A stretch of 64,000 bases of DNA from Piromyces finnis finn (GCA_002104945.1 MCFH01000031.1:1-64000); one strand, 5' to 3'. Shown: positions 13,701 through 25,680, counted from the first letter of the stretch. Program-made: numbers and translations. Notes: a model not told the origin generated them from the sequence alone.

Positions 13701-14778
13701 GTGGCAAATTTGATGTATTATTAGTTGGAAAACCAGGTAAACCTAAATTCGACGTCATGGTATTGGTTTGTAATGCCGATAACCCTGGTAATGAAGTTAA
13801 TCCATTGGTATTAAATAAATTTGGTAAAACAGATGGTGTAGAATTATCGGCTAAATTTGGTTGAAGAAGAGGTAATGTCGATGTTGATGGTAATAGCGGT
13901 AGAGCTGGTGTTGTTGTACCTGTTGTTGTATTTGGTAATACTGGCATACCAGTTGCAGAACTTAATAATGAAGTTAGTGCATTTAAATTTGGAAGTACCG
14001 ATGTTGTTGATGTTGCTGGAAGTGTTGGATTTGGTAAAATATTCACTGGAGTTGCTTTTTTATCATTAACAGTTGTACTTGGTGTAACATTAGTAGTAGT
14101 ACTGGTACTATTAGAGAGCATAGGAAATTGTAATGCGGTTAATAAAGAAAGTGGGTTTTGTAAATTTGGAAGTACAGATGGTGCTGATTCAGCTGCAGTA
14201 TTAGCTTTAGATAGAGATGTAGCATTTGTAGCAGGAGCTATCGTAGAATTAATAGTATTTGAATTCTCTATACTTGTAGTACTCTTTTTTCTTTTTGATG
14301 ATGATAACGTAGATGAGGGTGAAATTTTTTTAGCCGATGTTGATACTTTGTTACCATTTGGTAATGCATTTGAAGTTTCATTTTTTAAAGATAGTATTTC
14401 TTTTTTGGTGGTTTCTAAATCAGTCATTAATTTCGACATGGTATCCGATGATGAAAACACAAGGTCAACACCAGAATTTGATTTTTTTAATGTTGATTTG
14501 GCATTATTGTTTTCTAAAGGTTTATTTTCACTGTTCTTTGTCGCTTCAGTTGTATCATGATTAGATTTACTATTTACTGCTTTATCACCAGGTAGTGAAA
14601 TAGAATTTAATAATGATAAATATTGTTGAAGTGAATTATTTTCTGCTGTTGAGGGTGGGATTTTATTGTTTTTATTTAATGAATTAGATACGGATGGATC
14701 CATATTAAATAAAGACATAAAATTTGAATATATTGATTGATAATTTTGCTTTATATCCATTGACATTTGGGAAGACAT
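10774..14778 (-). CDS. ATF/CREB-family (Atf1/ATF2-like) bZIP transcription factor, 1334 aa
   Basis: C-terminal basic region and zipper DEKKRNVLERNRQAALKCRQKKKQWLISLQ...LQEEILTLKALLLTHKPC is typical of the Atf1/ATF2 group. The remainder is low-complexity P/S/T/L/N sequence with a polyQ tract. Confidence 0.9.
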   Translation of the reverse strand: MSSQMSMDIKQNYQSIYSNFMSLFNMDPSVSNSLNKNNKIPPSTAENNSLQQYLSLLNSISLPGDKAVNSKSNHDTTEATKNSENKPLENNNAKSTLKKSNSGVDLVFSSSDTMSKLMTDLETTKKEILSLKNETSNALPNGNKVSTSAKKISPSSTLSSSKRKKSTTSIENSNTINSTIAPATNATSLSKANTAAESAPSVLPNLQNPLSLLTALQFPMLSNSTSTTTNVTPSTTVNDKKATPVNILPNPTLPATSTTSVLPNLNALTSLLSSATGMPVLPNTTTGTTTPALPLLPSTSTLPLLQPNLADNSTPSVLPNLFNTNGLTSLPGLSALQTNTMTSNLGLPGFPTNNTSNLPPIQPNLINSTNLPLLNSNFLSSTLPAFPSNTNSSASTLPPLQPNLSKLTTPLPPLINPLFNSLLPQASLLSKLPALTPSNLSEQILQAQAQLNLLLQQQSGNLSLFMLPSQNQFNPLALLMNMIQQQNASALNPLQNTNLIQQQIQQLLLMQSLTLLQQQQQQQQQQQSKNEAASNNSKEAISKNKIDNKTTESNSNSKVDKDTKKTTITVDLTIDNTPEITIESLKEGHPSKSEANLISTMEIEVDKGGKEKDESNDKTIKEGKNAVNVDQQMMKIVLSPPKDQDQSHDATTLPMNNERVADLNKILTNTLSSTTEKLKNETNSNSCIPSPRLEKIHEENDLFNKLTKEIGVINNKFLIAPPSPAPSSSSVNENSEVPENNPGFDLLLAPNAIQSVTTTVTITENSTSKVEKTKNNEVEIVNKKDTQNQDDITTSMDVDYLNNLVLKESSKTCQSPKEICKNAKEMQSSNLAIDLKCESRLDTPISLHSLDSHGNTPMSVNSLDESCMNVDTPISLDSINLKQDSSKPASSLNPSDLKNESDVQVDLPSVINISRIKQEKNEEAKDKQECQSKVSGINEVKNAVKEKIEENATLLKSKEKGVLQASDGKDPMEDEIKDIREKIKIEIEDEKKGQSQNKEEEKISTVKTTETSTSVNKTQNPFILPQGSAAAPGKNLPSLFLPNLLVPPIPNPMNSLNILMPNLKPDLLSNPLAPNLSNDLLVSSLNALNNSTTSLPNAPSTSKTPESSLSTSSTTPAKKPFVPLATPLTSSLINPTSATNYTQSLLLGQNKAPINPLQNIFANSLGDLTNFKAPIFPLNMNLLVPKLNTTIKKPIKRRISQTSSESEFSDEKNDMEGLTSTSPTVNNINGGSRKRGKYETDEKKRNVLERNRQAALKCRQKKKQWLISLQKQIDTYTAENETLQNQAILLQEEILTLKALLLTHKPCSINKNNDIINPIPTASTPMNDLTNTYL

Positions 14779-17700
14779 TTTTTTATTTGATATTAATAAA
14801 TTAAATATTTAAATTTTCTTTAACTCTATACTTATTACTCTTTAAATGTAATAAACAGAGCTATTAGTATTTATGTAAAATAAATATGGTAATTTTTTTT
14901 ATCTTTTTTATGTTTTTTTTTAAAAAAAAAATATGCTTGAACGAATACTTAAATATTTACTTTTTTAACAATATTTTTTTTTACTAATTAAAAATATTAT
15001 TCTATGAAATATATATACAAAAAATTGTCGACTAATAAATATAATATTTATTCTATCTATTTACTTAAATTGTCGATTTACTAAAATACAATACTAAATT
15101 CTATTTACTTTTATTGATTTTTAATGATATATTAGTTCTACTTTAAATTGATTTATTAGAATATTTTTTCTATTTTTTCTTTAAATATTGACTTTTCAAT
15201 AAAAAGTATATTTTATTGACTTTAAAAACTTTCTATATAGAATTTAAATTTTTTAAATTATAATAGTGCTTTTTTGTCGTACTTTAATATAAAATATATC
15301 TATATAAAATTACTGACAATTTTTTGGGGTGTTAATTTCAATTAAAATTGAACGTTTCTTCGATATATAAATAAAATATATCTTAAATGCTTAAATTACT
15401 AATAAAATAGTATTAATAAAGTTATCTATTTTTTTATTTTCTTAATTTATATATAGTTAACAAAGTAAAATGATCTTTTAAAAAAAAAAAAAAAAAAAAA
15501 AAGAATATTTATTATAATATATTAAATTTCTTTTCCTTTTTTTTTCAATTTTAACTTTTGTCACATATATAATTGAATACTTTATTATATATTCTTAGTA
15601 TATAAAACACATATTGTAATATCATTAATTCTTATATAAAATAAAATTTCTTATTTTACTTTTTATATGAATTAATATACTTTTTAGCTGCAATGTGTTT
15701 TGATATTTTTATTATCTTGAGTTTATTTCATTTAGCTTGTTGAATAAACCTAAAAGTATATTGTTTTATATAAAAAAAAAGGATATTAGTTTCATGATTT
15801 TTATAATTTTTTTAAAAAAAAAAATATTACCAAAATCTCAAAAACCAATATTAACTTTTATAAATTATTTAATATTAATTTATTACAGTTAACTGTATTG
15901 TAAATTATAGTTTATTCTCATTACAGTACTTCAAAATCTTTTAAATTTTTAATTGATTTATCTCACTAATTTATTTTTCTATTGTCAAACATTTTAAAAA
16001 AAAAAAAAACTCTTTATATAAAAATGAGCAAATATTTAATACTTTTATCCAATAATCCTTTTACTGCATACATAATAGCATAAATAAAATAAATAAATAA
16101 AAATAAGTGGAAATAAAAAATGTATATTAATATTTCTATTAATTCAATGCTTTTAACTCTTTATTACAATTTATTAATAGCTAAACATTAACAAATAATA
16201 TGTTTATTTTTATTCTACTCCAATTTATTATATAATCTCATACCAAATAATTAATTTCATTGGTATCAATATATTACATAAATGAAATTTTTAAAAGTCT
16301 CATTAGTTTAATTCCAAATATCTTTTTTTTTTTAATAAAAAAAACTTTAAAAATCATCATTATCTTTTATATAATAATAATAATAAAATAAAGAGTTATC
16401 CCTACGCACTTTAATTGTTTATTGTTTTATTAAAATAAAACTTTTTAAATAAAACAATACAATAAATGTTTTTTTCTATTATCAATGATGTTATTTCAGC
16501 TGTAAAGAAAAAAAAAAACTTTTAAAATTTTTAAAGAATTATTATTTCTTTTATAAAAAATTTCAAAAATTTTAATTAATAATTATTTATATATTATTCT
16601 AATAAAGTTTCTTTTTTTAATATAAAAATATACATAAATATATTAATAAATTGACTTTTTCAATTTTTTTTTTCATATGTTTAGGAAATATTTTTTATAT
16701 ATTTATTTATTTTAGAAATAATATAATAATTATAATAATAAAAATTACTATCTTATTATTTATTTATTTTATATTCTATCCATAATATTTAGTATTCGGT
16801 AAGAATAAATAAATAAAAACCTTATAAATTGTTGATAATAATTATTAAATTTATTAGTTATTTACCTTTTTATTATTATTCACTCGTATTTATATATTAT
16901 TAAATGTAATGTAATAAATGTAATTCAATATAATAAATTAAATAGTAGTTTTAATTCATATAATCAATTCAATAGTTTACATATAATGAATTATATAGTA
17001 ATTGTATTAATTGTATTATGGAGAGCAAGCAACCAAAAAAAACATAAATTTTATTTCAATCCATAGCAAACAATACATTAATTTGAATATAATTTTTATA
17101 TATAATATAGAATATTGTTCTATTGAATTATATTATATGTTTTATATATCATCAACTCAATTATATAATTGAAATATTGGACTTTTAATTATCTTTAAAA
17201 GTAATAGAATAAAGCATTAAAATATATTGGATAATATATGTAATCATATATTATATATTAATTATATATTTATTATTTTCAATTTTGTTATATATATTTT
17301 TCTATTTTGAATGTTTTTATTCATTTACCTACAATAGGCTATCACTATTTTATTAAATTCAAATTATTATAAACGATTATATTCCAAAATATATTCCTCA
17401 ATATAATAATTCATATCAACTTTAGTTATTAAAAATTTTAAAATATTAAAATTAAAAACAAGTTGAATATAGGATAATATATAATAATATATTAGTATAT
17501 AATATTATAAAAATTAAATTATGTTAGATTAAATACCTATATAAATAATATATAAATAATATATGAACTCTCTAATTTTAAATTTTAATATTCCTCTTAA
17601 TGAACAATAGACATCAACTAATATATTTATTTACAGAAGCCATATATCAAATTGTATTGTAACTCATAAATAATTTATTGTAGCATATATTAATGATATA

Positions 17701-18275
17701 TTATAATATAAATGTTATAGCATTAAAGTCTATTTATAATAAAAATAACCAACATAAATTATTCTATTAAATAATAATATTAAATTGATACTATTTTAAT
17801 TATAATCTATTTATTCCATAATATATTATTTGTTATAGGTTCAACTCATTTTAATTTATATTTTAAATAATTTAACCATAAAAAGAAAAAGTTTAACATT
17901 AACAAATTAAACATTTCTATTTAAAAATAAAAAGAATTAATATATTATTTATTGTATTATTGTTATATTGATGATAAATGTATAATATATATTTTATATT
18001 AATTAAAATATAAATTTATTAAACTAATAAATACATTAATTTAATTTAATTAAATTTATTAATATTTTCATCTTTTTTGAATAAAATAACAAATTGGTTA
18101 GTTATATGGAATAATAATAATAATAATAATACTAACTAATGAGGATGGAGGAATGGGCAGGTAGTGTCAAAAAAGAAAACCTAAAAACAAGCCATCAACT
18201 TTCCTATCTAAAGCTAAAGCATAATAAAATATGTCTAAGAAATCAGGATTCACGGCCTGGATAATAAAATGGTTG

Positions 18276-18743
18276 ATTAAAATTAAAAGAATAGTTATTA
18301 TTGAAAAGGTCGACAATATAATGGAACAAAGTAATGTTTAAACTTGAAATTATATTTGATGATGGTGATAATATCTTTAATAATAAATATATTTGCATCT
18401 ATTATTACTATAAGATATTAATATGGTGTCGTTAAAATTAAAAGAATAGTTATTATTGAAAAGGTCGACAATATAATGGAACAAAGTAATGTTTAAACTT
18501 GAAATTATATTTGATGATGGTGATAATATCTTTAATAATAAATATATTTGCATCTATTATTACTATAAGATATTAATATGGTGTCATTAAAATTAAAAGA
18601 ATAGTTATTATTGAAAAGGTCGACAATATAATGGAACAAAGTAATGTTTAAACTTGAAATTATATTTGATGATGGTGATAATATCTTTAATAATAAATAT
18701 ATTTGCATCTATTATTACTATAAGATATTAATATGGTGTCATT
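18276..18743. repeat. Tandem array of three near-identical 155-bp units
   Basis: The unit ttaaaattaaaagaatagttattattgaaaaggtcgac...taatatggtgtc starts at 18277, 18432 and 18587. The only difference I could see is g/a at the first junction. Confidence 0.95.
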
Positions 18744-21281
18744 ATGATATGCTGTTAATACCTTATGTAAAATTTGATACTATTACTGTTATTACTATAT
18801 TTTAAACACTATGTTATTATTATTACCATGATGTTATTGCTTCAAATTATTATCATTTATTAATTATCAAGGTAGGATTAAATTCCTATTTTCTCATTGA
18901 TTGTGTTACTATTTTACATTTTTTGTTTTTATGTATCTATAAATCATTACATTTTCATAGGTTAAATTTTTATTATTTTATTATGTATTAAAGTATTAAT
19001 TAAAAATTATCCATTTAAAATTAATTTCAAATTAAAAAAAAGGAATAACTAAAATAGAAAAAACCCACAAAAATTTATTTTTAATGTACTATATACATGG
19101 TTGTACATAAGTATATCTATGTATACATATATACATATACATACTTTATCACTTTATTGATAGTATGATTTATTTCACTGATTTATATCATTATTTTATA
19201 AAGCCAAGAATAAAGCATTATCATCTAAATATTGTTTTATTATTAATTTTAATAATAGGAATAATAATATAATAATAATAATATAATAATAATAATAATA
19301 ATAATAAATATAAATATAGCGATAAAATTCCCTTTTTTTTTTAGTTTTTTTTTTCAAAAAGGAGGTCAATATAAAAGAATAACCTGATTTTTTAATATTC
19401 CCCAAAATTTTACTAATTATATATCACATGACTATTAATAATTAATGTTGAATTCACTTTAAAATATTGAAATAACATTTTATTTAGAAATGTAGAAATA
19501 AATAGTTTTTATATATATGAAAAAGTTTAATCTCTTTTCATAAATATTTTTAAAATAATAAATAAAAATATTAAAATATATATATATAAATTTCTTTAAT
19601 TTCCTTCTTTTTATAATTATTCTTATTATACTAATAATTTTTCGTTTTTTTATGTCAATTCATTTGATAAGTTAAAAAAAAAAAAACTATTTTTAGCTTT
19701 TAATCTTATCATTTTACCTTTTTTTTATTTATCCAAAAAAAAAATATTAAAATTTTAAAAGATAAAAAATATATTTTTTTTAATGATAACGGATAATAAA
19801 TTTTTATTATCATTTCTTATAGTAAAAAAAAAGTTTGAGAGAATAAAAGTAAAACTTTTCTCCTTTGAAAAGAATCAATTAAATGTTATTTTTTTGTTTG
19901 TTTAAAGCTTTAAAATATTTCATTTTATTTGTTTTTTGTTTAATTCCTTTTCAATTATTTCCTTTTTTTTAAATATTTATTATATACTATTATATGCTAT
20001 TATATGCGTAGCATTATCAAAAATAAATATTAATATTTTTATTTGGTGTAATGGGTTAAAATAGTAAAAATTATTTTAAAAATTATTTGCAAAGTACTCC
20101 TTTACAAATGATCCCTTGCATTCTTTTTTTTTCTTTCCAATAGGATACGATCACCTCCTTTAGCACACTTACTTTTATTGAAAGAATGAATTTTACCTAA
20201 AAAATGAAATTATTTATTATTATATATTACAATATAATATAAATACTATTATAACAATTAATGTTTAGAATTTAAATTTGGTCCATTTAAATTTTGGTTA
20301 ATTTCTATCAAATTTTTAATTTAATTTATCTTTAGATAAAAATATTTATAATATATATTGGATTATATTATAATATATGAATTTAATATGCATTATATAT
20401 AGAAAATTAATCTTTTAAGAAATATTTGTATACAAAGTTTAAATTGTAGAGTTTAATAATGGATGTAATGTAATAATAGCATGCTATAACTACAACATTT
20501 GATTAGTAAAATAGTATATAATTCTATATGATAAAAGGGTTCATATTCATGCTTTTTTTTTTTTTTTTTAATACTGAGAGGTTCATTCTTTATTAATATA
20601 AAAATAATACCTTTTATTTCAAAAATGAATAAATATTTAAACATTGTTTATGGTAAAAAAAAAAAAAAGTTTAAATGATGTAATTTTTAAGACTAATTAA
20701 TTAAAAAAAATTTGACATTTAAAATATATTATTTATTTTTAAATACTATAAATAATAAAAAAAAGCCTCGAGAGACATTTACTAAATTTTAAATGGTATT
20801 AAAATAAAAACACGTCACCTTCTTCATTTTATATGGTTAAGCAAAAAAGATTTCCATTCTATAATTTTTTTTATTCTAAAGTATAGTTAGAGCATGTATT
20901 TCTATATTTAGTAGAAAAAATACAATGAAAAAATATATATAAAAATAAATATATCATTAAAAAGAACAAAATATATAGAATATAAACTCTTTTTTTTCTT
21001 ATAAAGTATTATTCGCATAAATGATTGAGATCCTTTCTTTTTTTTAACTATGCTTTTTTCTTTTTTTAAAAAAAGATAATTATACCTTTTTTATACACCA
21101 AAAAACAATTAAATTAATAATATATGATACTCATATATCATGTATATAATAATAATATATTGATAATGTTACATTAAATTTTTAATATTTACTTTTTATC
21201 CATTACATTAAAGTTTAAATACTTTAATTATTTTATATTAAATAAAGTTTAATTTTAATATCAAAAAATTTTAATTTATCT

Positions 21282-21292
21282 TTATAATTTTT

Positions 21293-21294
<2 letters not shown>
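21282..21294. repeat. Left copy of target-site duplication
   Basis: ttataatttttcc immediately precedes the T-run and is identical to 21878-21890. Confidence 0.92.
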
Positions 21295-21345
<51 letters not shown>

Positions 21346-21877
21346 TTCCGAGTGCATTTCTCCCATCGATCAGAGTTAGCTCCAATGGTGGTTCTTAGAG
21401 AAACGTTGGCTCATTCCTATTGCTAGGTGGTTGTGACCCTCCTGGTCTGTCATACTGTTTCTTCAGCTTCGACGCTCACTTAATCCATGTACATTAGATG
21501 CATGTCGTTGTACGATATTTCACAACTACAATGCTAAGCCTCTTATAGTCAATTTGATCACGTGTCAACCGCCCCCTAATGTTTACACTTAAATTGATTA
21601 AGGAATATTATGTGTTTTTGGCATAGCCTAAGTCACCACTTATTAAGTTCTAATTTGGAATGTACCATGTACACTAGACCCTCTCAGGCCGGCTAGACGA
21701 GTGTTATTATCATAGTAGTAAATTAGAAAGTTCATTTATACTTACCTGAATATCATAACCCAACCCATGGCAAACCCAGTGGGAAAATCCACAGGCACTG
21801 ACATCTGCGGGGTCGAACCAGAAGCCTTATGTATGCTAAGGAAACGCCTTAACAACCAGGATAAAAACTGGAACGAC
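21295..21877 (-). mobile_element. Non-autonomous retroposon, candidate tRNA-derived SINE (~535-bp body plus 48-nt poly(A))
   Basis: GC-richer non-coding block 21343-21877. A T48 run at 21295-21342 is the poly(A) tail on the minus strand. The flanking direct repeat ttataatttttcc occurs at 21282-21294 and 21878-21890. The 5' head has a B-box GGTTCGACCCC and an A-box-like TATCCTGGTTG 44 nt upstream. Confidence 0.85.
21809..21863 (-). promoter_or_regulatory. Internal RNA polymerase III type-2 promoter (A box and B box) of the SINE-like element
   Basis: The B box GGTTCGACCCC (21819-21809) matches GGTTCGANNCC exactly. The A-box-like TATCCTGGTTG starts at 21863 with 2 mismatches to TRGYNNARNNG. The spacing is tRNA-like. 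Confidence 0.65.
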
Positions 21878-21894
21878 TTATAATTTTTCCTTTT
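21878..21894. repeat. Right copy of target-site duplication (13 bp, up to 17 bp including tttt)
   Basis: ttataatttttcc(tttt) immediately follows the element's 5' end. The last 4 T cannot be separated from the tail on the left side. Confidence 0.92.
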
Positions 21895-24800
21895 AAGTTT
21901 ATTTCATCGATTGATTTTTCTGTAGGATTAAACAAGGATATAAATTAAAAATTTATGTAAATTACATATAAAAAAGGTGGTGTAAGGGGTTAAAAGGTAT
22001 TTTTAATTCATATATATAAATATAAATAAAGAAAAAAGAAAGGAAAACGATACAATAATAGAGTAATAAGAATGTAATAGTAATGTTATTTTTTTTTAAA
22101 TAAAATACCAAAAAAAAATTTAACACTTAATACATAATAAAATAAATTATCAACAATATTAAAATTTATATATTTATAATGCTTATTCATACGTCATATG
22201 TAATAAATAATAGTATTTATTTATATATTATAGATAAGTAAAAATAATAAAAAACAAATTAGAGATATGTTTATTAGAAGCATATATGTATAAATGAATA
22301 GTGATTTTTATTTTAAATTTCTTTTTTTTTTTAAGAGTTAAACTTTTTTTTATAATAGCAATTTCTTGTTTGACTATCAAAGTTAATAAAAAAAAAACTA
22401 GAATTATTTAAACGTTGAAAATCTTATTAATAAAAGATCATCTTTATTTTTAAATTTATTTTAAAACTTTAAATATACTAATAAAAAAAGAATCATTATT
22501 TCATTTTATAAGTAATGTTTGTTATCAATAATAATTTAAAATGAATTCATTATAATATTAATGTAGCTATCTATAGTAAAAATGTATGTAAATTTTAATG
22601 TTTATAATTATGGTAAATAAATCCAGATTCTTCAGAAAATAAAACTATATTATTATTTTTTGGTAGAAATACTGAGGAATAAAAGATGAGCTGAAAACAT
22701 TAAATAGATCATATTATTCAAATAATATATTTATTAAAAATTATATCTATCCATTGAAAAAATATTATTCTAACCCTTAATAAATCAGATAGTTAAATAG
22801 AATATTAATTTTTTTAAACAATATTTTATTTATAGATAAACAAAAAATATATATATATATGTGTGTGTGTGTGTAGATTTTAGTTTATTTGTTCTAATAA
22901 TTATTGTTACTATTATAAGAAATGCATAAAATAACTCTACACCTAAACCTAATCTATTTTTAAAATATTATATATATTATATGTAGAATTCTATTTATTC
23001 CTAGGTATAATTTATTAAAATGTATTAGAATATAAAATGTATTACTTTTTCGGTATGATTTTCATATTATAAATTAAATGAATTGAATAATAAGGAATAA
23101 ATAATGGTAATAACATGAAATGGGATGATTAAATATATTAGAATACTTTAATATTTTTAATGAAAAAGAATAGGATAAAAAAAAATATTAAAGAAATATT
23201 CATATGAATTTTTATTTTTATTTTTTTAAAATATATATTAATTCATTTACTTTTTTTAAGGAGTTGTCAAATTTAAATCACAGCAATATTATAATTAATG
23301 AATTTCATAGGAATTTATTTTTTCCTTATGATTTCTTATATTAAATTAATATTACTATATTATGAATATAGAATTATTATTATAGTGTTATAATTCTATA
23401 AATATGATTATAATTATAGTATATATATAGAATATAGATTTATATTTATATAACAACCATATAATAATATAGCCTAAATATTACTGTCACAATTTATAAT
23501 AAATAATTGATATTTCATTATTTCATTGAATGAATAGTTTTTTTAAAAGAATGCAGTAGGATGAGAAATTTAAACTTTTATAAACTTAAAGTTTTGTTTA
23601 ATTTAAAAAAAAAAAATTATAAATAATAATAATAATATTAATAAATCATGAATAAGTCCAATTTAAAGCTGAAAGATAAAATGATATGATTTTTTAAAAT
23701 AAGATTTGATATTAAAAATGCTTTATAAAATTATATATTAACATTATTTTTAAAATTATGGTTATTTAAAATTATCAAAATTATTTTATTATAATAATTG
23801 TTGTATTAAAAGAATCTATTTATTAGTTGTATTATTCATAGCAGGTATAGATAATTATAATAACAAATTATAATTATTTATTATTATTAACCTTAATTAT
23901 ATATAAACTCCGTTAAACTTTAAGTAATAATATAGAATTTTATATATAAAATAAAATTAATCTTTAATATTTGAAATCTTTCAAGATAAATTCATTATAA
24001 ACAATTACTACTCCATTACAATTATTTATAATGAAAAATATTGAAATGAAAATTTATTTCTTTTTTCATTTATTTTAATGAGAGAAAAATAATAAAAAAA
24101 AAAAGTATTGGGCTTTTTAATTAATGGAAATGTTTTTAAAAAATTATAAATATACCAAACATACCAAACACATATATATATTAAATATTAAATTAATTTT
24201 TTTTTAAAATAAGAAATGAATAATAAATGATATTATAGTTTTTCTTTTTTTTATTTTAAATGTAGAACAGTATATTGATTCTTTCTTCATAAAGTCATTT
24301 TATTTCAAAAAAGAAAATTTAATTTAGCTATTCAACTCAACTTTATGTAGATTATTAATTTTTCACAATATCTAATTGAATATATATATATAAATATATA
24401 TATTACATATATTACATATATATTACAAAATGATGTGCATTTCAATCTATTTAAAAGGTAACCAAAGAGAGTATCTATTATTATGTGGAAATTTATAAAC
24501 AAATTATAAATAAAAGTCTCTAAAAGTTCCGAAATTAAATAATTACTTTTTTTATTTTATTATTTTATTAGTTATTATTTTTATTATTTAAGCAAAAAAT
24601 AAAAACAACAACAAAAAAAAATAGTTTTTAATTAAAATTTGAAAGTTTTTTTAATTAAAATAGATAAACAAATGATAATGAAAAAAAAAACAACCAGAAA
24701 ATAAAATGGATTATACCCATATTGTTATGAATAATATTAAATTTTCGTGATATAACATTTTTAAAATTATGCAGTAGAAGAATAAAAATAATTTTAAATA

Positions 24801-25460
24801 TTGAATTGTGTAACATTAATTTTTTTATGTCAAAAAAAAAAAATGTGGATGTTTTTTTAAAAAATCTTTTTTATCAATAAAATATAATATTTTCTTATCT
24901 ATACTACAATAATGTGCAAAAAAAAAAAAAAAGAAAAAGAAAAAAGAAAAAAGTGGTTAATCTTAAAATTAAGATATGCAATTAAAAAAGTTAATAATAT
25001 ATTTAATACTTTTATTTTATTTCTGTTTTATTGTTTAGCTAATTAAATAAGGATTTTAATTTTACCTACTACTATTGAATTATTATAAGAATTTTTATTA
25101 AAAAAAAACCTTATCTAAATTCATTATTATCTATATATCTTATTGGAAATGAATAGTTCAATGCATTAGTTATCATTAGTTATTGACGTATAATAATTCA
25201 TTAATTTATCTATCAAAAAATAATTAATCATTTTTTTATTAAATAATAATAATAATAATAAAAAAGAGTGATTTGTGGTTATTAAAAATTAAAAATAAAT
25301 AAATGTATAAATAAATAAATAAATAAATAAAAAATAAATAAATAAATAAATAAATAATCTTATTTTATATATTTAATATAATATAATATATATTTTCTCC
25401 ACATTTAAAAAAAACTATTAAACTATAAATATTGTTAATTAAAATGGTAAAAATGGTATT

Positions 25461-25680
25461 AAAGAAAGTTGATGATGAATCTAAATTTTACATAAATTGG
25501 TTAATTATTTACTTAATTAAATTTCTTTTTACTAATTTATATATAAATAAAATTAAAATTAAAGAAAGTTGATGATAAATCTAAATTGAACATGAATTGG
25601 TTAATTATTCGTTTAATTCATTTTAACTGACTTAATTTTTTTCTTTTCATTAATTTATATATAAATAAAATTAAATTACA
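25461..25680. repeat. Degenerate tandem duplication, ~100-120-bp unit
   Basis: aaagaaagttgatgat..atctaaatt..cat.aattggttaattatt starts at 25461 and 25561. Both copies end in taatttatatataaataaaattaaa. Confidence 0.8.

Noticed and set aside
9342-14564. Short overlapping or antisense ORFs within GPKOW and the bZIP gene
   Set aside because: They are alternative-frame shadows of low-complexity coding sequence with no recognisable motifs.
18276-18743. CRISPR-like array
   Set aside because: The units are 155 bp, contiguous and have no unique spacers, and the context is eukaryotic with no cas genes.
21797-21870. Functional tRNA gene
   Set aside because: The acceptor stem does not pair, the anticodon loop is non-canonical, and the region is embedded in a poly(A)/TSD-bounded element. 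It is called as a SINE head instead.
21738-21890. Plus-strand ATACTTACCTG identical to the U1 snRNA 5' end, with an AATTTTT Sm-like site ~140 nt downstream
   Set aside because: There is no GATCAC (U1-70K) or ATTGCAC (U1A) loop. The Sm-like run is part of the target-site duplication, and the match is better explained as the complement of a donor inside the retroposon.
25561-25635. C/D box snoRNA (TGATGA...CTGA)
   Set aside because: The k-turn geometry and terminal stem are poor, the candidate guide is low-complexity with no rRNA or snRNA complement I could recognise, and it lies in a degenerate tandem duplication.
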